The notes beneath the pieces are model-generated. The model made no database searches and had not been told where the DNA came from. It saw only the letters and a list, made by a program, of their open reading frames with translations. Of a DNA stretch of 64,000 nucleotides, positions 1 through 12,599 are shown in pieces. Origin of the DNA: Chiloscyllium plagiosum (lineage: Eukaryota); the NCBI RefSeq assembly GCF_004010195.1, contig NC_057749.1, forward strand, positions 19,151,538 to 19,215,537, given 5' to 3'. Made by a program: the position numbers and the translations under genes. How positions within the stretch are numbered: position 1 is the stretch's first letter; each line of letters starts with the position of its first letter.

Positions 1-1989
1 ACCCAGTACTACCCAATTTTAATGCATCAGACTTCATATGACTCCAGAGTGTAAATTTGCAGGTACAGAAGATCCATTGGGCAGACTTGAGGAATGGAAT
101 GGGTTAGTTTTAGTTCTTGATTGGGGGTGGGGAGGGTATGTGGCAAGGTCGGCAAATTGGAGTTGAGAGTTGGGGGAAGTTGATGGAAAAGGCAGGATTC
201 CTCAAAATAAAACTTAAACATTTATTTTTTTACGCACTTATAGTATTTTGCAGCAGCACTCGTGCTTATGAGAGCACTGCAGTATGCCAGTTGAAAAAAA
301 CAGCTATTTAAAGGCTTGAAGCTGTTAGCCCTCACTCACTTGGCTGCTGTTATTCCTCTGAGCATGACACTCTAAAATCCTATCTTAGGATTCCTCCAAT
401 GATATAACACAAGAGTTTTTGAAATACTAATTTAAGGGTTGTCTTAAAAAGAGCAAAGCGCAGTAGAAAAGTGCAACGTGGAACTCTGTAGTTAGGCTTT
501 GTGAAATCCATGCTGTTCCATTCTCTTTGCAACATGCACTGAAACATTTTTAAAAACGTGACGGGCGAAATTTATAAAGGGGTTAGCTGGATTTGAGTTG
601 AGGTGGTATATATTGTTTGGTCATCTTTAAACCTTCCTTCAAAAAGTGAGCAATGTATGTCAATCTGGTGAATTACTGCCATTCAATCCAAAGAAAGCAC
701 ATGGCAGGGGTTTATACCTCATTGGACTCTCTTCAGGTTTGTGCTTTTTGAGGGCTGTATTCATCCAGTATTTCATTCTGTTATTCTGCTGTTAGCTTGT
801 CGTTCAACTTTGATTAGCTGATAATGAACTGGTAAATTACTTGATGACACTAAAGCTAAATTTTAGTGTGAAACAACTACCCAACATAATAAAACTGCAT
901 AAAGCATTTCAACAGCCTCCTTAAACAGAAACTGTTAAGGTTATTTCTAAAACTTTAATAGTCTTGATGTTTGTCAAAATTGAAATATTGTCACTTTTGC
1001 TGTAGGAATATTGTTGCTGAATGACCGGCATCAAAAGTTGTACTAATAGTTACAATGGTGTTCTTTAGTAATTACTGAAGTGTTTATTACATTTTTTATG
1101 ACAGTATAAGAACTTGACTGCTGAGAATGAAGTAGATGAGTGCAGTAGACTTAGGAAGTTACCCCATATAATTCAAAGTTCCAATTTAAAGTTACAGTAG
1201 TATGTTTATGTATAAATACTTTGTGTTATAATGAAGTTTGAAAATGTATTAACATGTTTACTTTTTGTTTATTGGTAAGACACAATTCTGCTAATTAATC
1301 TGTGATTTTTGGGATTGCATCTCTTATTTGAAATCAAGGGAAACATTATCAGAGGGTACAGAGATGGGGGTGAGGAAAGGAAATTCACCAGTACAAGAAA
1401 AGGCATGTTACTCAATCACTCAGACGAGCATCTCTAGTTAGAATGCATGTCTGTCAAAAACCTTTTGGGCACTCCAGCATTTTAGTTTCCAACAATAAAG
1501 CCAATAAGGATGAAACCCTTTTTAAAAGTTAGATTTGGGTGGAATATCATGGTTTGCAAGGTGCCATTTTGTGCATTCCTGCCTCTGAAATATAACCATG
1601 CTGCCTTCATCCTGTCTTGTTCCAAGTTCCCATAATTCTAGCCCTACCTATATTTGTTTCTGTCTATGAATGTATTTTTAAAAAATCCTCATTCATAGGT
1701 CCTTTTGTAGCTTTCCCTTTTTCTGTCCTGCTCTTCATTTCCTCATTCTGGCTGCTTTGTAATACTTGGCAGAGCATTCAAACCTCCACACTTCAACTCA
1801 TTTGGCCTCTTCCTCATGTTCAGAAGCCTATTCAACCTTTGGGCACTTTCCAGCTTGGCATTTGTTTTTTCCAGATCCCCTTGTTTAAAAGAACATTGAA
1901 TTGGTTCACTACTACACGAAAGACAGTATATAAGTGGACATTGTAGTCCAGTAACTTCAGAATTTTTTTTATGTTTCATGTTGTTTCGC

Positions 1990-2263
1990 GCAACTGCCTG
2001 TGTGGCATTTGCACATTCTCCCCGTGTCTATGTGGGTTTCCTCCGGATGCACTGGTTTTCTCCCACAATCCAAAGGTGTACAGGTTAGGTGAATTGGCTG
2101 TGCCAAATTGCCCATAGTGTTCAGGGATGTATGGGTTGAGTGCATTTGTCAGGGGTAAATGTAGAGGGGTTGAGGAATGGGTCTGGGTGGGTTACTCTTC
2201 AGAGGGATGATGTGGACTTGTTGGGCCAAATGGCCTGTTTCCATACTGTAGGGATTCTATATT
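1990..2263 (+). mobile_element. HE1/V-SINE-type SINE, 5'-truncated
   Basis: V-domain TGTGTGG..TTTGCACATTCTCCCCGTGTC..GTGGGTTTCCTCCGG and CR1-like tail ending GGGATTCTAT. Confidence 0.85.
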
Positions 2264-2329
2264 CTGGAGCGATTGTAAAAATTTACATTCTAGCCCTGAG
2301 AACGAATGTTGACACTACATTCAAGAATT

Positions 2330-2650
2330 TGAGTGCTCACTGTCGGTTAACACTTCAACCTGAGAGAGTACTTAATTGTCAGTGGTACTATCTATCGGTT
2401 GAGGCATTAAACTGAGGTCTTGCCTACCTATTACAGTGTATGTTACTCAAAGAAAAGTCAAGTTTTCTTTGCGTATCCTGGAGAGTCTACCTCGCAAAGT
2501 CAATTAGAGGCACAGATTAATTGATCATGCATCTTAGTTGCTACATTATGAATCTTGCTGCCTTTATTAACCTACAAATTACTGTGACTGCATCTTAGAA
2601 ATAATTAAATGCTTTGAAATCATCTAATATATGATAAAATGCTATAGAAA
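2330..2650 (+). mobile_element. Degenerate Deu-domain SINE (SacSINE1-like)
   Basis: Resembles the clearer copies at 46400-46800 and 57690-58060. Confidence 0.55.
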
Positions 2651-5420
2651 TGGAGTCATTTGGCCATTTTCTTTCAACATTTTAAAATATTGGATGTGGC
2701 TAATTTGTAATGCAATGGAGTGTGGTGTATTTCCTTATCAGAATGGAGAACAAGATTAGCCTTTGTCAGTAAAATTTTATCATGAATGTGCTATAGTTCT
2801 TATTTTCTTAAGTATGCCATGTGCAAACACCCTGTTTAGTTGAGATGACCCTTAAGCCCACGGTTCCAAATAATCACTGCACAATGTGCACTGCAATCTT
2901 TGGCAAGAAAATAAAAGTGACATGGGAGTATTAATTATCTGTTCAGGACAACACCTGGAACTTGCACTGTCTTTTATTGGTTGCTTTGTATTTTTGTTTG
3001 GAGCCTGCCTTAGAAGAATAAAATGGATTCACTGAAGGTACTGGACCAAGTTTATCATCAATATTAGATAATAAAGCATATACGATATTTAAAATACATA
3101 TAGAGTACAGCCCCCGGCCTCTCTTTTTTACTCATCCTTGAAACAAATCTGTTTCTGCTTTCTTCGTAGCTGCTTCTGATATTTGGTGCTTGAACAAACT
3201 GATTCTCTTTTAACCACATCCCAAGTCAGGTGTCTCACAGGATGTAAAAACAATAAGTAATATTTCTTCCATTCATTAATCCATTTCCTTGGCAACCCTA
3301 GATCAGAGATTGAATCATGGTAATACTTTAGAGCACTTTTTTCAAAGGAAACCTAATGTCATTTGGTAACAGATTCTATAATACAAAGGGTAACTTTGAA
3401 GGAGGATCTTTGAGATTTGTTAATATTGAAATGAACAGGGTAAAGCCATGCTCAGAACAAATGTACTCTCATCAGGCTTACAGTTAAGGAGACCTGTGTA
3501 AATAGCATTTTTTTTCTCATAGTGTTACATAACCTGTGATGAACGTTGTAGCTTATTCAGTCTGTCTAAACTTGCCACTAAAAGTAAAATCCTGGATAAA
3601 CTAGTACATGGAGGTGGGATATCTGCGCATGTGTTTAAAGGAGTTATGGATGGGTTTTATTTCAGAATGTTTTGTGGACTACTTAAAACAGCTTCTGATT
3701 CGGTTCATTTAAGTGTAAAATATTTGAAAGCAATAACTCCATTCAAAGACATTGAGTTGTAAGGAACCGTTGGTGAATGTTCTTTCACATTGTAAGTAAA
3801 AAGGATGCAGCAGAGCAGACAGAAATATATCTATCCTATTAAAACATTTGTGGAATAGACAGAACCCTTTAAAGAATGACCAGTTTATGACCACCTCTAA
3901 CAGACTAGCGCCTGGAGCACCAACCTAATATTGGTTGCATTTTCTGGTCTTCTGCATTCTACTTATTCACATGTACAAATTAGTGTGAACTGGAGGCCTG
4001 ACCTACCTCTGCAGGAGGAAGAGAAAGTCAGAGTATGATTTAGATGTTCTGGCAACAACATTGAGGAAGCTTGGAAGCTTGCTGCCATTCTTCACAAGGT
4101 AAAGCTCATGCAAGGAGAGGAAGAAGTTTTTCGAAGTTACAGGTGTACATATCTTTATTAATAATGGGAAAGTACGCTGAGGGACTGTGTAGAATGTAAT
4201 TTAGAGTTTTATACATAGTCTTCAAAAGTTATAAAATGTTATTCTCAGAAATAAAAGTTAAAATTATTTGATTTAAAACACCATTTTAAATTGAATTCTG
4301 ATGATTTCATCAGCAAAATAATCTCTTATATATTTATTTGTTCGAGCTGTGGACAAAGGCAGTGTTGGCATCAGTGCATATACTTTTCAGGATGAGGGCT
4401 TAAGTATCTTCAGAGGCCACACTCTCAGTCAGTATCTCCATTAAGTGATATGTTTGATATTTGCTGCTTAACTTAAGGTTTCACATGATCTAGAAATGCA
4501 ACTGAGAAGAAGCTGTAAACAATGAGGTTTTTAGTTTTTCTGTTACTGACCCTCCTTTACCACTTTGTGATTTGTGCTGATATTACTGATGTTGCAAAGC
4601 TTTGATGGTATTGCATTACTGCCAAAGTGATCACAATATTGGAGTTACTGTTCTTTTTGCAAAGATCAAAAAGATCACTACCTGAAAGTGCTGCAACATG
4701 CTGGGATGTTCTGTCTATTCAAAAATGAACTCATGTCAGAAGTGTCAGAAATTGTAACTGTTGCAGTTTGTTACAAAGGTCTTTTTTTAGGTACGTGATG
4801 CTACCAGTCATTCAGCGAATGTGTTTTGAATAGAATTTAGCAAAACGTCTGTGTTGGTTCTGTAATGTTGACCATTGATTCATCTTTAATTATATAAAAA
4901 TCCTTAAATGCTTGAATGTTGCATAAATAATGTCTGTATTTAGTTGACGTTTATTTTTATCCCTAGAGTAACAAGTATTTGAACTACTGAGCTATTATAA
5001 TACACTTTCATCCTGTGAATTTACGTTCCGCGTTTTGGTGTAAGTTCTGGAAATTTGTGAACTAGATTCGCTTTCATATTTTTAAAATTTAATTTGGCTT
5101 GCATATGCTTTCTGCTTTGAATTGACACTTGTTTCTAGAAATTGAGACTCTTTTTGCAATGTCTTGCAGTTGGTTGTGTCTTGTCATACCATACATCGGT
5201 CCTTAGTGAAACTAGCTCATTTTATCGTACTGTTCAGCCTCAGCCACTGGCACTCTAAATTCCACAATGAAGTTGACTTGAATTCCCAGGGAATAGGGTG
5301 CTAGTCACACGTGGAGGGGTTTATTAATGTAGAGAACTGGAAGACAATGAATGTAGACAGAGCTGAAAATATGTTGCAGGAAAAGCGCAGCAGGTCAGGC
5401 AGCATCCAGGGAACAGGAGA

Positions 5421-5455
5421 ATCGACGTTTCGGGCATAAGCCCTTCTTCAGGAAT
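5421..5455 (-). ncRNA. Minimal hammerhead ribozyme motif (family A), core intact
   Basis: Reverse complement reads TTC-CTGAAGA-A-GGGC-TTAT-GCCC-GAAA-CG-TC-GA. Confidence 0.75.
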
Positions 5456-5568
5456 GAGGAAAGTGTGTCCAGCAGGCTAAGATAAAAGGTAGGGAGGAGG
5501 GACTTGGGGGAGGGGCGTCGGAAATGTGATAGGTAGAAAGAGGTCAAGGTGAGGGTGATAGGTCAGAC

Positions 5569-6171
5569 NNNNNNNNNNNNNNNNNNNNNNNNNNNNNNNN
5601 NNNNNNNNNNNNNNNNNNNNNNNNNNNNNNNNNNNNNNNNNNNNNNNNNNNNNNNNNNNNNNNNNNNNNNNNNNNNNNNNNNNNNNNNNNNNNNNNNNNN
5701 NNNNNNNNNNNNNNNNNNNNNNNNNNNNNNNNNNNNNNNNNNNNNNNNNNNNNNNNNNNNNNNNNNNNNNNNNNNNNNNNNNNNNNNNNNNNNNNNNNNN
5801 NNNNNNNNNNNNNNNNNNNNNNNNNNNNNNNNNNNNNNNNNNNNNNNNNNNNNNNNNNNNNNNNNNNNNNNNNNNNNNNNNNNNNNNNNNNNNNNNNNNN
5901 NNNNNNNNNNNNNNNNNNNNNNNNNNNNNNNNNNNNNNNNNNNNNNNNNNNNNNNNNNNNNNNNNNNNNNNNNNNNNNNNNNNNNNNNNNNNNNNNNNNN
6001 NNNNNNNNNNNNNNNNNNNNNNNNNNNNNNNNNNNNNNNNNNNNNNNNNNNNNNNNNNNNNNNNNNNNNNNNNNNNNNNNNNNNNNNNNNNNNNNNNNNN
6101 NNNNNNNNNNNNNNNNNNNNNNNNNNNNNNNNNNNNNNNNNNNNNNNNNNNNNNNNNNNNNNNNNNNNNNN
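5569..6171. other. Assembly gap (603 N)
   Basis: Run of N inside the Penelope-like element. Confidence 1.
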
Positions 6172-7367
6172 GCGGTCCTTGAAGAAGGGGGCCATCTGTG
6201 TTGTACGTATTTTGAACTGGTCCTCCTGGGAGCAGATGCGGCGGAGACTAAGGAATTGGGGGAATGGGATGGCGTTTTTACAGGGGTCAGGGTGGGAGGA
6301 GGTGTAGTCCAGGTAGCTGTGGGAGTCGGTTGGTTTGTAGTAGATGTCCGTGTTGATTCGGTCGCCTGAGATGGAAATAGAAAGGTCGAGGAAGGGGAGG
6401 GAGGAATCTGAGACTGTCCAGGTGAATTTGAGGTCGGGGTGGAAGGTGTTGGTGAAGTGGATGAACTGTTCAACCTCCTCGTAGGACCACGAGGCGGCGC
6501 CGATATAGTCATCGATGTAGCGGAGGAAAAGGTGGGGTTGGGGCCAGTGTAGTTGCGGAAGATGGACTGTTCCACATATCCTACGAAGAGGCAGGCATAG
6601 CTGGGGCCCATGCGGGTGCCCATGGCTACTCCTTTCGTTTGGAGGAAGTGGGAGGATTGGAAAGTGCCCTGGATGCTGCCTGACCTGCTGCGCTTTTCCA
6701 GCAACACATTTTCAGCTCTGATCTCCAGCGTCTGCAGACCTCACTTTCTCCTCAATGAATGTAGACAACAGATCAGGGTGAGTAGGTTTCCATTTTAAAG
6801 TCATACATGATTTATTTTCTCACAATATTTTTATTTTGTAGTAGTCATAAAGCTTTGCAATAATGTAAACGAGGAAAAGTAGCAGCAGAGGGTTTTATAT
6901 AACTCAGGCTGAGGCATACAAAATGGGTGAGCTATGGCTCAATTACTGATGAGAAGGTGAAATTGCAGTATGACAAGTTTATATAGACAGTTTGCATTAT
7001 AAATGTTGACATAAGAGTTCACAATGTAAATTTGCAAGAGATATTTAAAGGTAGAAGATCTTTTAGTATGTTACCAGGCATTTGATAGGTTAGGGGCAAA
7101 CACCAACTGTCACTTTTTTGTTTACATAGAATAATTCAGGATGGAAGGTCTGGTGTCATGATTCACTATTGTATATTTAGTGTTTACTTATCTTTACTGA
7201 GCTCATTTTAAATATAATCCAAAGCAATTTGTTTTCTTTCTGATGGTTGGTTATGCCAATTTATATGCTATTAAAAAAAAAACTCTCAGGGATTTGTTCT
7301 TGGTTATCTCAAAGCTTCAACCCTACTGAACAAGGGTTGAGATAGAGTTTTGGCATATTGCTTTGAG

Positions 7368-7850
7368 CACAAGTCAGGAGTGTGATGGAATACTCCCACT
7401 TGACTGACAAGTGCATCTCCAACCACACTCCAGCTCGATCCTATCAAGACAGGACAAGGCAGGTCACTTCATTGACACCTCATCCATGAGCTTCCACTCC
7501 TTCTACCACCAAATTTCAGTAGCAGCAGTGTCTATCATCTAAAAGATACACTGCAGAAAGTCCCCAAAGATTTTTAGACAGCACCTTCCAAACCCATGAT
7601 CATTTCCATCTCAAAGGACTTGGGCAACAGTTATAATGGGAACACCATCACTTGAGGTTTACCTCTTGCAATCTTGATCTGGAAATATATTGCTATTCTT
7701 CACTGTCATTAGGTCAGGATCCTAGAATTTCCTTCTTCACAGAATTAGGGATCAACCTACATCACATGGTTTGCAGTGATTCAAGAAGGCAGCCTTTCTT
7801 GAAAAGCTTCACCACCCCTTCTCCAGGAAAACTAGGGATCAGCAAAAGAT
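7368..7850 (+). mobile_element. Non-LTR retrotransposon 3' fragment (second copy at 33545-34050)
   Basis: CAAGTCAGGAGTGTGATGGAATACTC (QVRSVMEY, post-RT region) through ACTAGGGAT tail; colinear with 33545-34050. Confidence 0.7.
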
Positions 7851-8644
7851 GTTCATTTTAAATTTTTTAAATAAGGGCATTATCGGAATCAACTTCACAT
7901 TTATTCAACTGTTAGACTGATGAAGCTCCTGGACTTAATACAATCCATTCTACAGACAGAATGGGAATAGAGAAAACTCAGAGCAAATCCCACATTTAAT
8001 GCAAGCAGGATTTATAGAAGCAGCAACTGCATGAGAAATGTTCCAGTGAATGAGAAGCATTTCTTGTTGTTTGTGAACCTGTATGGTAGAGAATGAACAA
8101 TTCATGTTGAGATCCATGCCAGACTGTGTATCCATTGAATACTAATCAGTGTGCCTCATCCCCAGATCTCACCATAGCTTTTGGCTTCTTGGGGTTTGAT
8201 ATCCAGTGCTGGTGGGGATTTTTTTCACTCAGTTGCCTTTGGAAACAATATGTTGTGATGGGTCGGTAAATTCTTTGGTCTCTGGATCCCTGCGGAGAGT
8301 TTAATTTGTTCCTCATTACACCTGGCCAAGGTTGACTGATGTACACTGGGTAGTTCAGTTACGATCTAACCTTCTACATGTTCTTGAAATGACTATATCA
8401 ATTTGAGTCATTTGATACATTGCATATTGTTAGAGGGCTTTATACTGTTAGTGAAGCCACCTGCGGTCACTTGGGGAAAATTATGTAACAATGAGTTAAG
8501 TGCAGTGAACAGTGAAAACAGTTTGTGTTGCTTTCGGCCTTGTGTATTTCTTTGGCCCTAAAGAAATGTCGGTGTGTAGACCATACCTAAGTTAATAGTG
8601 TCTCTATACTCTGCCTTTCTCTAATTTTAGTGTGAGAAAAGGTT

Positions 8645-10108
8645 AGTCATCGAGTCTTACAGCATGGAGGCAAGCCCTTTGTCCCAAACTGGGCCATGCT
8701 GACCAAAATGCAAATCCCATTTCCCTGCACTTAGTCCATATCCTTCTAACCTTTCCTATCCATGTATTTGTCCAAATGCCTTATGAATATTATTAATGAC
8801 TCGACTCAACCACTTCCGCTCACAGCTTATTCCATATGCGGACCACCTTCTTTAAAAAAAAAGTTGCCCTCAAGTTCCCTTTTATTCTTTCCCCTCTCAC
8901 CTTGAACTGTTGCCCTCCAATCCTTGATTTCACAACCCTGGGAAAAAGACTGAATGCACTCACCCTATCCATGCCTCTAATAATCTTATACATTTCTGCA
9001 GGTTCCCTCCTCAGTCTTGTATGCTCTTGGACAGTCCTAGCTTGTCCAACCTCTCCCTGTAACTCAGACCCTTGCGTCTGGCAACATCCTTGTAAATTTC
9101 TTCTACGTTCTTTTCGGTTTAATAACATTCTTCCTATAGCCAGATGACCAAAACTGAATACAATCATCCAAGTACAGCCTCACCGTCCTGTATAATTGCA
9201 ACATAACTGCCCAACTTCTATACTGAATGCCCCGAATAATAAGGCCAGTGTGCCAAAACTGTCCTTCACTGCCCTGTCTACTTGTGACTACACTTTCAGA
9301 GGACTGTGAACCTGAACTCCAAGGTCCCTCTGTTCCACTGTACTCCTTAAGGCCATAAATTCATCATGAAACTCTGACCTTGATTTGACTTTACAAAATG
9401 CAAGACCTCACGCTTAACCATATTAAACTCTATTTGACATTTCTCGGCCCACTTGCTCAGCTGATCGAGGTCTTGTTGCAATTTCTGATAACCTCCTCAA
9501 TGTTCACAACTCCCTCTATTTTAGTGTCATCAGTAAACTCACTAATTATACCTTGTACATTCTCATCCAAATCATTGATATAGGTAACAAACAGCAAGGG
9601 GCCCAGCACTGACCCCAGAGGTACTGCACTAGTCACAGGCCTCCAGTCCGACAAGCATCCTTCCACAATTAACCTCTGGTTCTACCATCAAGCCAATTGT
9701 GTATCCAATTTGCCAGCTCCCCTTGGATTCCGTGCGATCTAACCTTCCAGAGCAGCCTACGATGTGCAACCTGATCAAATCCATATAGACTACGTCTACC
9801 ATCCTGCCCTCATCAACCTTTCTGGTCACTTCATCAAAGAACTCTAACAAATTTGATCTCCCACTCACAAAGCCATGCTGACTACTCCTAATCAAACCCT
9901 GTCTTTCCAAATGCATGTATATCTTATCCCTCAGAATCTTCTCAAGTGATGTACCTACCACAGATGTTAGGCTTATTGCTCTATAGTTCCCAGGCTTTTC
10001 TTTGCAGCCCTTCTTGAATGAGGGTATAACATTTGCTATTGTCCAGTCTTCCGGGACCTCACCTGTGGCTAACAATGATGCAAAGATATCAGCCAGGGCC
10101 CCTGCAAT
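8645..10108 (-). mobile_element. CR1/HER1 LINE, 5'-truncated, frameshifted ORF2
   Basis: VPEDWTIANVIPSFKKG..PGNYRAISLTSVVG, SQHGF, VPLGSVLGPLLF, FTDDTK; short-repeat tail at ~8645. Confidence 0.92.
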
Positions 10109-11454
10109 TGTAGACATTTTGATGGCAAACCCATTTGATTTAGGCCATATGAGCCCAGAAATTACTATTGGACATAAAATCATGATCATGAAATTGTAAA
10201 AGATTCTACTTCAAATCTGATTTTTCAATGCTGATTTCAAACATTTGTACTTACTTAAAAATTGGTCAGAGAATCCTTCTTAAAAATAAGCTGTTTCTGT
10301 TCTCTTAATGCTGAGCATGTTTTGGCCAGTGTATTATGGACCTAATTACTGTGAGGTGGATGATAGAGGTTTGGTTTTGGTCAGTTTCCACTTTCAGACA
10401 GGTGGACTGGTCCCTCTGGGAAGTACAAAGACAGTATGAGATTTGTTCTTTTTGACAGAGATTCGTGGTTGGGATTTGTTTATTTTAAAATCCAGTATCC
10501 CTCAAGTTATTGTTGCAGGTATTGATCACTAATTCATTCTAAATCTGTTCATTTCTCAATCTCAAGTTTTAGTCAAGGCATTGCTCAATTATAAATAAGC
10601 ATGAGTCAAACTAGTGGACAGAGAGATGTTACATATAAAAAGTAGCTTTCATCCTCCACTATTCCATTCAGACTTGACATTTTAGATGCTTTCTGAATAC
10701 AGGCAGTCCCTGGGTTTCAAATGGGTTCTGTTCTTGATTTCATTTGCAGATCGATTTGGATGTAAGTTGGAATACAATGCAGGACAATATAAAGTAGCTG
10801 CTTATAAGTACAGGAAGTGTTCATATGTCTGATCTTTAAAATTATATCCCTGTATGGGATTGCGTTTGTAAGTAACAGCATTCACAAGTTGATGTTCATA
10901 AATCATGGATCCCTTGTATGTTGAAATTTGAATGTGGTGGAACATTTTAATACATGGTAATCTGTCTCTGAGATTTCCTGAAGTAGTGTTAAGTACTAGT
11001 GATGTATAACAGGGAGAAGTGTGACTGCACAAACACACTCTCAGGAAATACATGATTGACCTGTATTCACCGTAGTAAGTTGTGCTTGATGGCAGGTGAT
11101 AATATACACAAGGAACACCCCAGAGAATATTATGGTATTTTGTGTCGTTTCAAAGAGAACAACCTGCTACTCTGCTGTAAGTGTCGTATTAGACTGTATC
11201 TATATTTAGTGTCACTAATAATTAGTATTCATATAGTAACTCTAACAATTTGCAATGTCGTTAAATATGTCCATTTAAAGTGTCTGTGCAGTAGCACAAA
11301 TTAAGTTTTTCCTCCCAAGCGTGACTTGGAAAGAAAATAAAACTTCATTTATATAGTGTATTCCACAATCTTCGGATCTCTAAGGGCTTTACAGTCAATA
11401 CTTTTGAAGTGTTGTCACGTATGAAAAACTTTAAAAGAAACATGAGCATCAATT

Positions 11455-11665
11455 TCTTTACATAGAGTAGTTAGTGTATAGAATGAACTTCCAGAGGAAG
11501 TGATGGATGTGGATACAGTTACAATGTTTAAAAGATATTTGGATAAGTACGTGAATAAGAAATAAAGGCCAAGCGCAGACAGGTGGGACCAGTTTAGTTT
11601 AGTATTATGGTCAGCATGGACAAGTTAGACCGAAGGGTCTGATTCCCTGCCATATGACTCTATTA
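11455..11665 (+). mobile_element. CR1/HER1 3' tail nested in a minus-strand Deu-SINE remnant (~11330-11720)
   Basis: GAATGAACTTCCAGAGGAAGTG...CCGAAGGGTCTG...TATGACTCTAT. Confidence 0.7.
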
Positions 11666-12229
11666 CTTTCTGAACTGCAGCAACCAGTTTACTAAGAACA
11701 AACTCTCAAAGACAATAATGAATCATGTGTTTGGCAAGTCACAGAGGGAGTTACATTGAGGTAAATGGAGATGTATGTCATGATTTCTGCAAACTATCTT
11801 AATGGTGTAATGCCTTGGTGCTTTCTTGTCTGTAATCATAGAGGGTGATATTCACCTGAGATAACATTTCACAGTCATCTGGGCAGGTAAGACTTGTTGT
11901 GAACATGCAGAGTAAATTCTTTATTGACAACAATGTGGAACAGTTCCTGTTAGCCTGTCATGCTCTTTCCTCCCTTCCCATTGTGGAGTCTAAAGACTTG
12001 GCCAAGAATTTTGCACTGAAATTTGAAGAGATAAAAATGGATGAAAACAATGAAGTGTAGTAATGTTAAAACAGTTGAATAATGGGGCAAAGAGGGAATG
12101 ATAGGTGCAGCATACTGTAGATCACACTGTCCAACAGAAGTCAATGGAAAATATTAAAGCAAACAGCAGCACTAGAAAGTCGAGATTGTAATGAGGGCTA
12201 GTTAGAACATGAGGGTATATTGACCAAAT

Positions 12230-12259
12230 GAGGAGAAAGTGAGGTCTGCAGACGCTGGA
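12230..12259 (-). mobile_element. 30-bp Penelope pLTR tip with 8-bp TSD
   Basis: Exact reverse complement of 6724-6753; GACCAAAT at 12222-12229 and 12260-12267. Confidence 0.85.
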
Positions 12260-12599
12260 GACCAAATACTAGCTGTAGAATTGTGAAAATCAGCTTGTGA
12301 CCTGCAGGGAGCATGTTGCACACAATTAGGAATATACTGATTAATCAAGGTTTAACTTGGTTAGAATATACAGCAAGATCAATATTAACTGATTTCCAAA
12401 ATAAATTGCAGAAGTTTATACATAAACCAGACTCATGATGTCAACAGATTGTGAAAGAAGGATATTCTTATCTATTGTGTGGTGAGTGCTCTCATCTAGT
12501 TCCATTTTTAATTATCTAATCATAGCCGAGAATCACGTGTAATTACTTCTGTCCACTCTCCTGTAATATTTCTGCTGTGCTCCAGGATTGCATCCTGCT

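Larger units (their letters stand above)
5360..6753 (-). mobile_element. Penelope-like retroelement, 5'-truncated, with inverted pLTR at its 5' end and 14-15 bp TSD
   Basis: Minus-strand RT: QTKGVAMGTRMGPSYACLF...LRYIDD (6508-6519)...LPFLD...YYKPTDSHSYLDY, one frameshift; 5360-5411 is the inverted copy of 6668-6719; (C)AATGAATGTAGACA at 5345-5359 and 6753-6767. Confidence 0.92.

Noticed and set aside
4010..4104. Possible 5'UTR exon (CAG|GAGG...CAAG|GTAAAG)
   Set aside because: Splice-like sites alone are not enough without transcript or conservation evidence.
5544..6707. Long ORFs of 387, 252 and 210 aa in the ORF track
   Set aside because: They are inflated by the 603-N gap; the real content is a frameshifted Penelope RT fragment.
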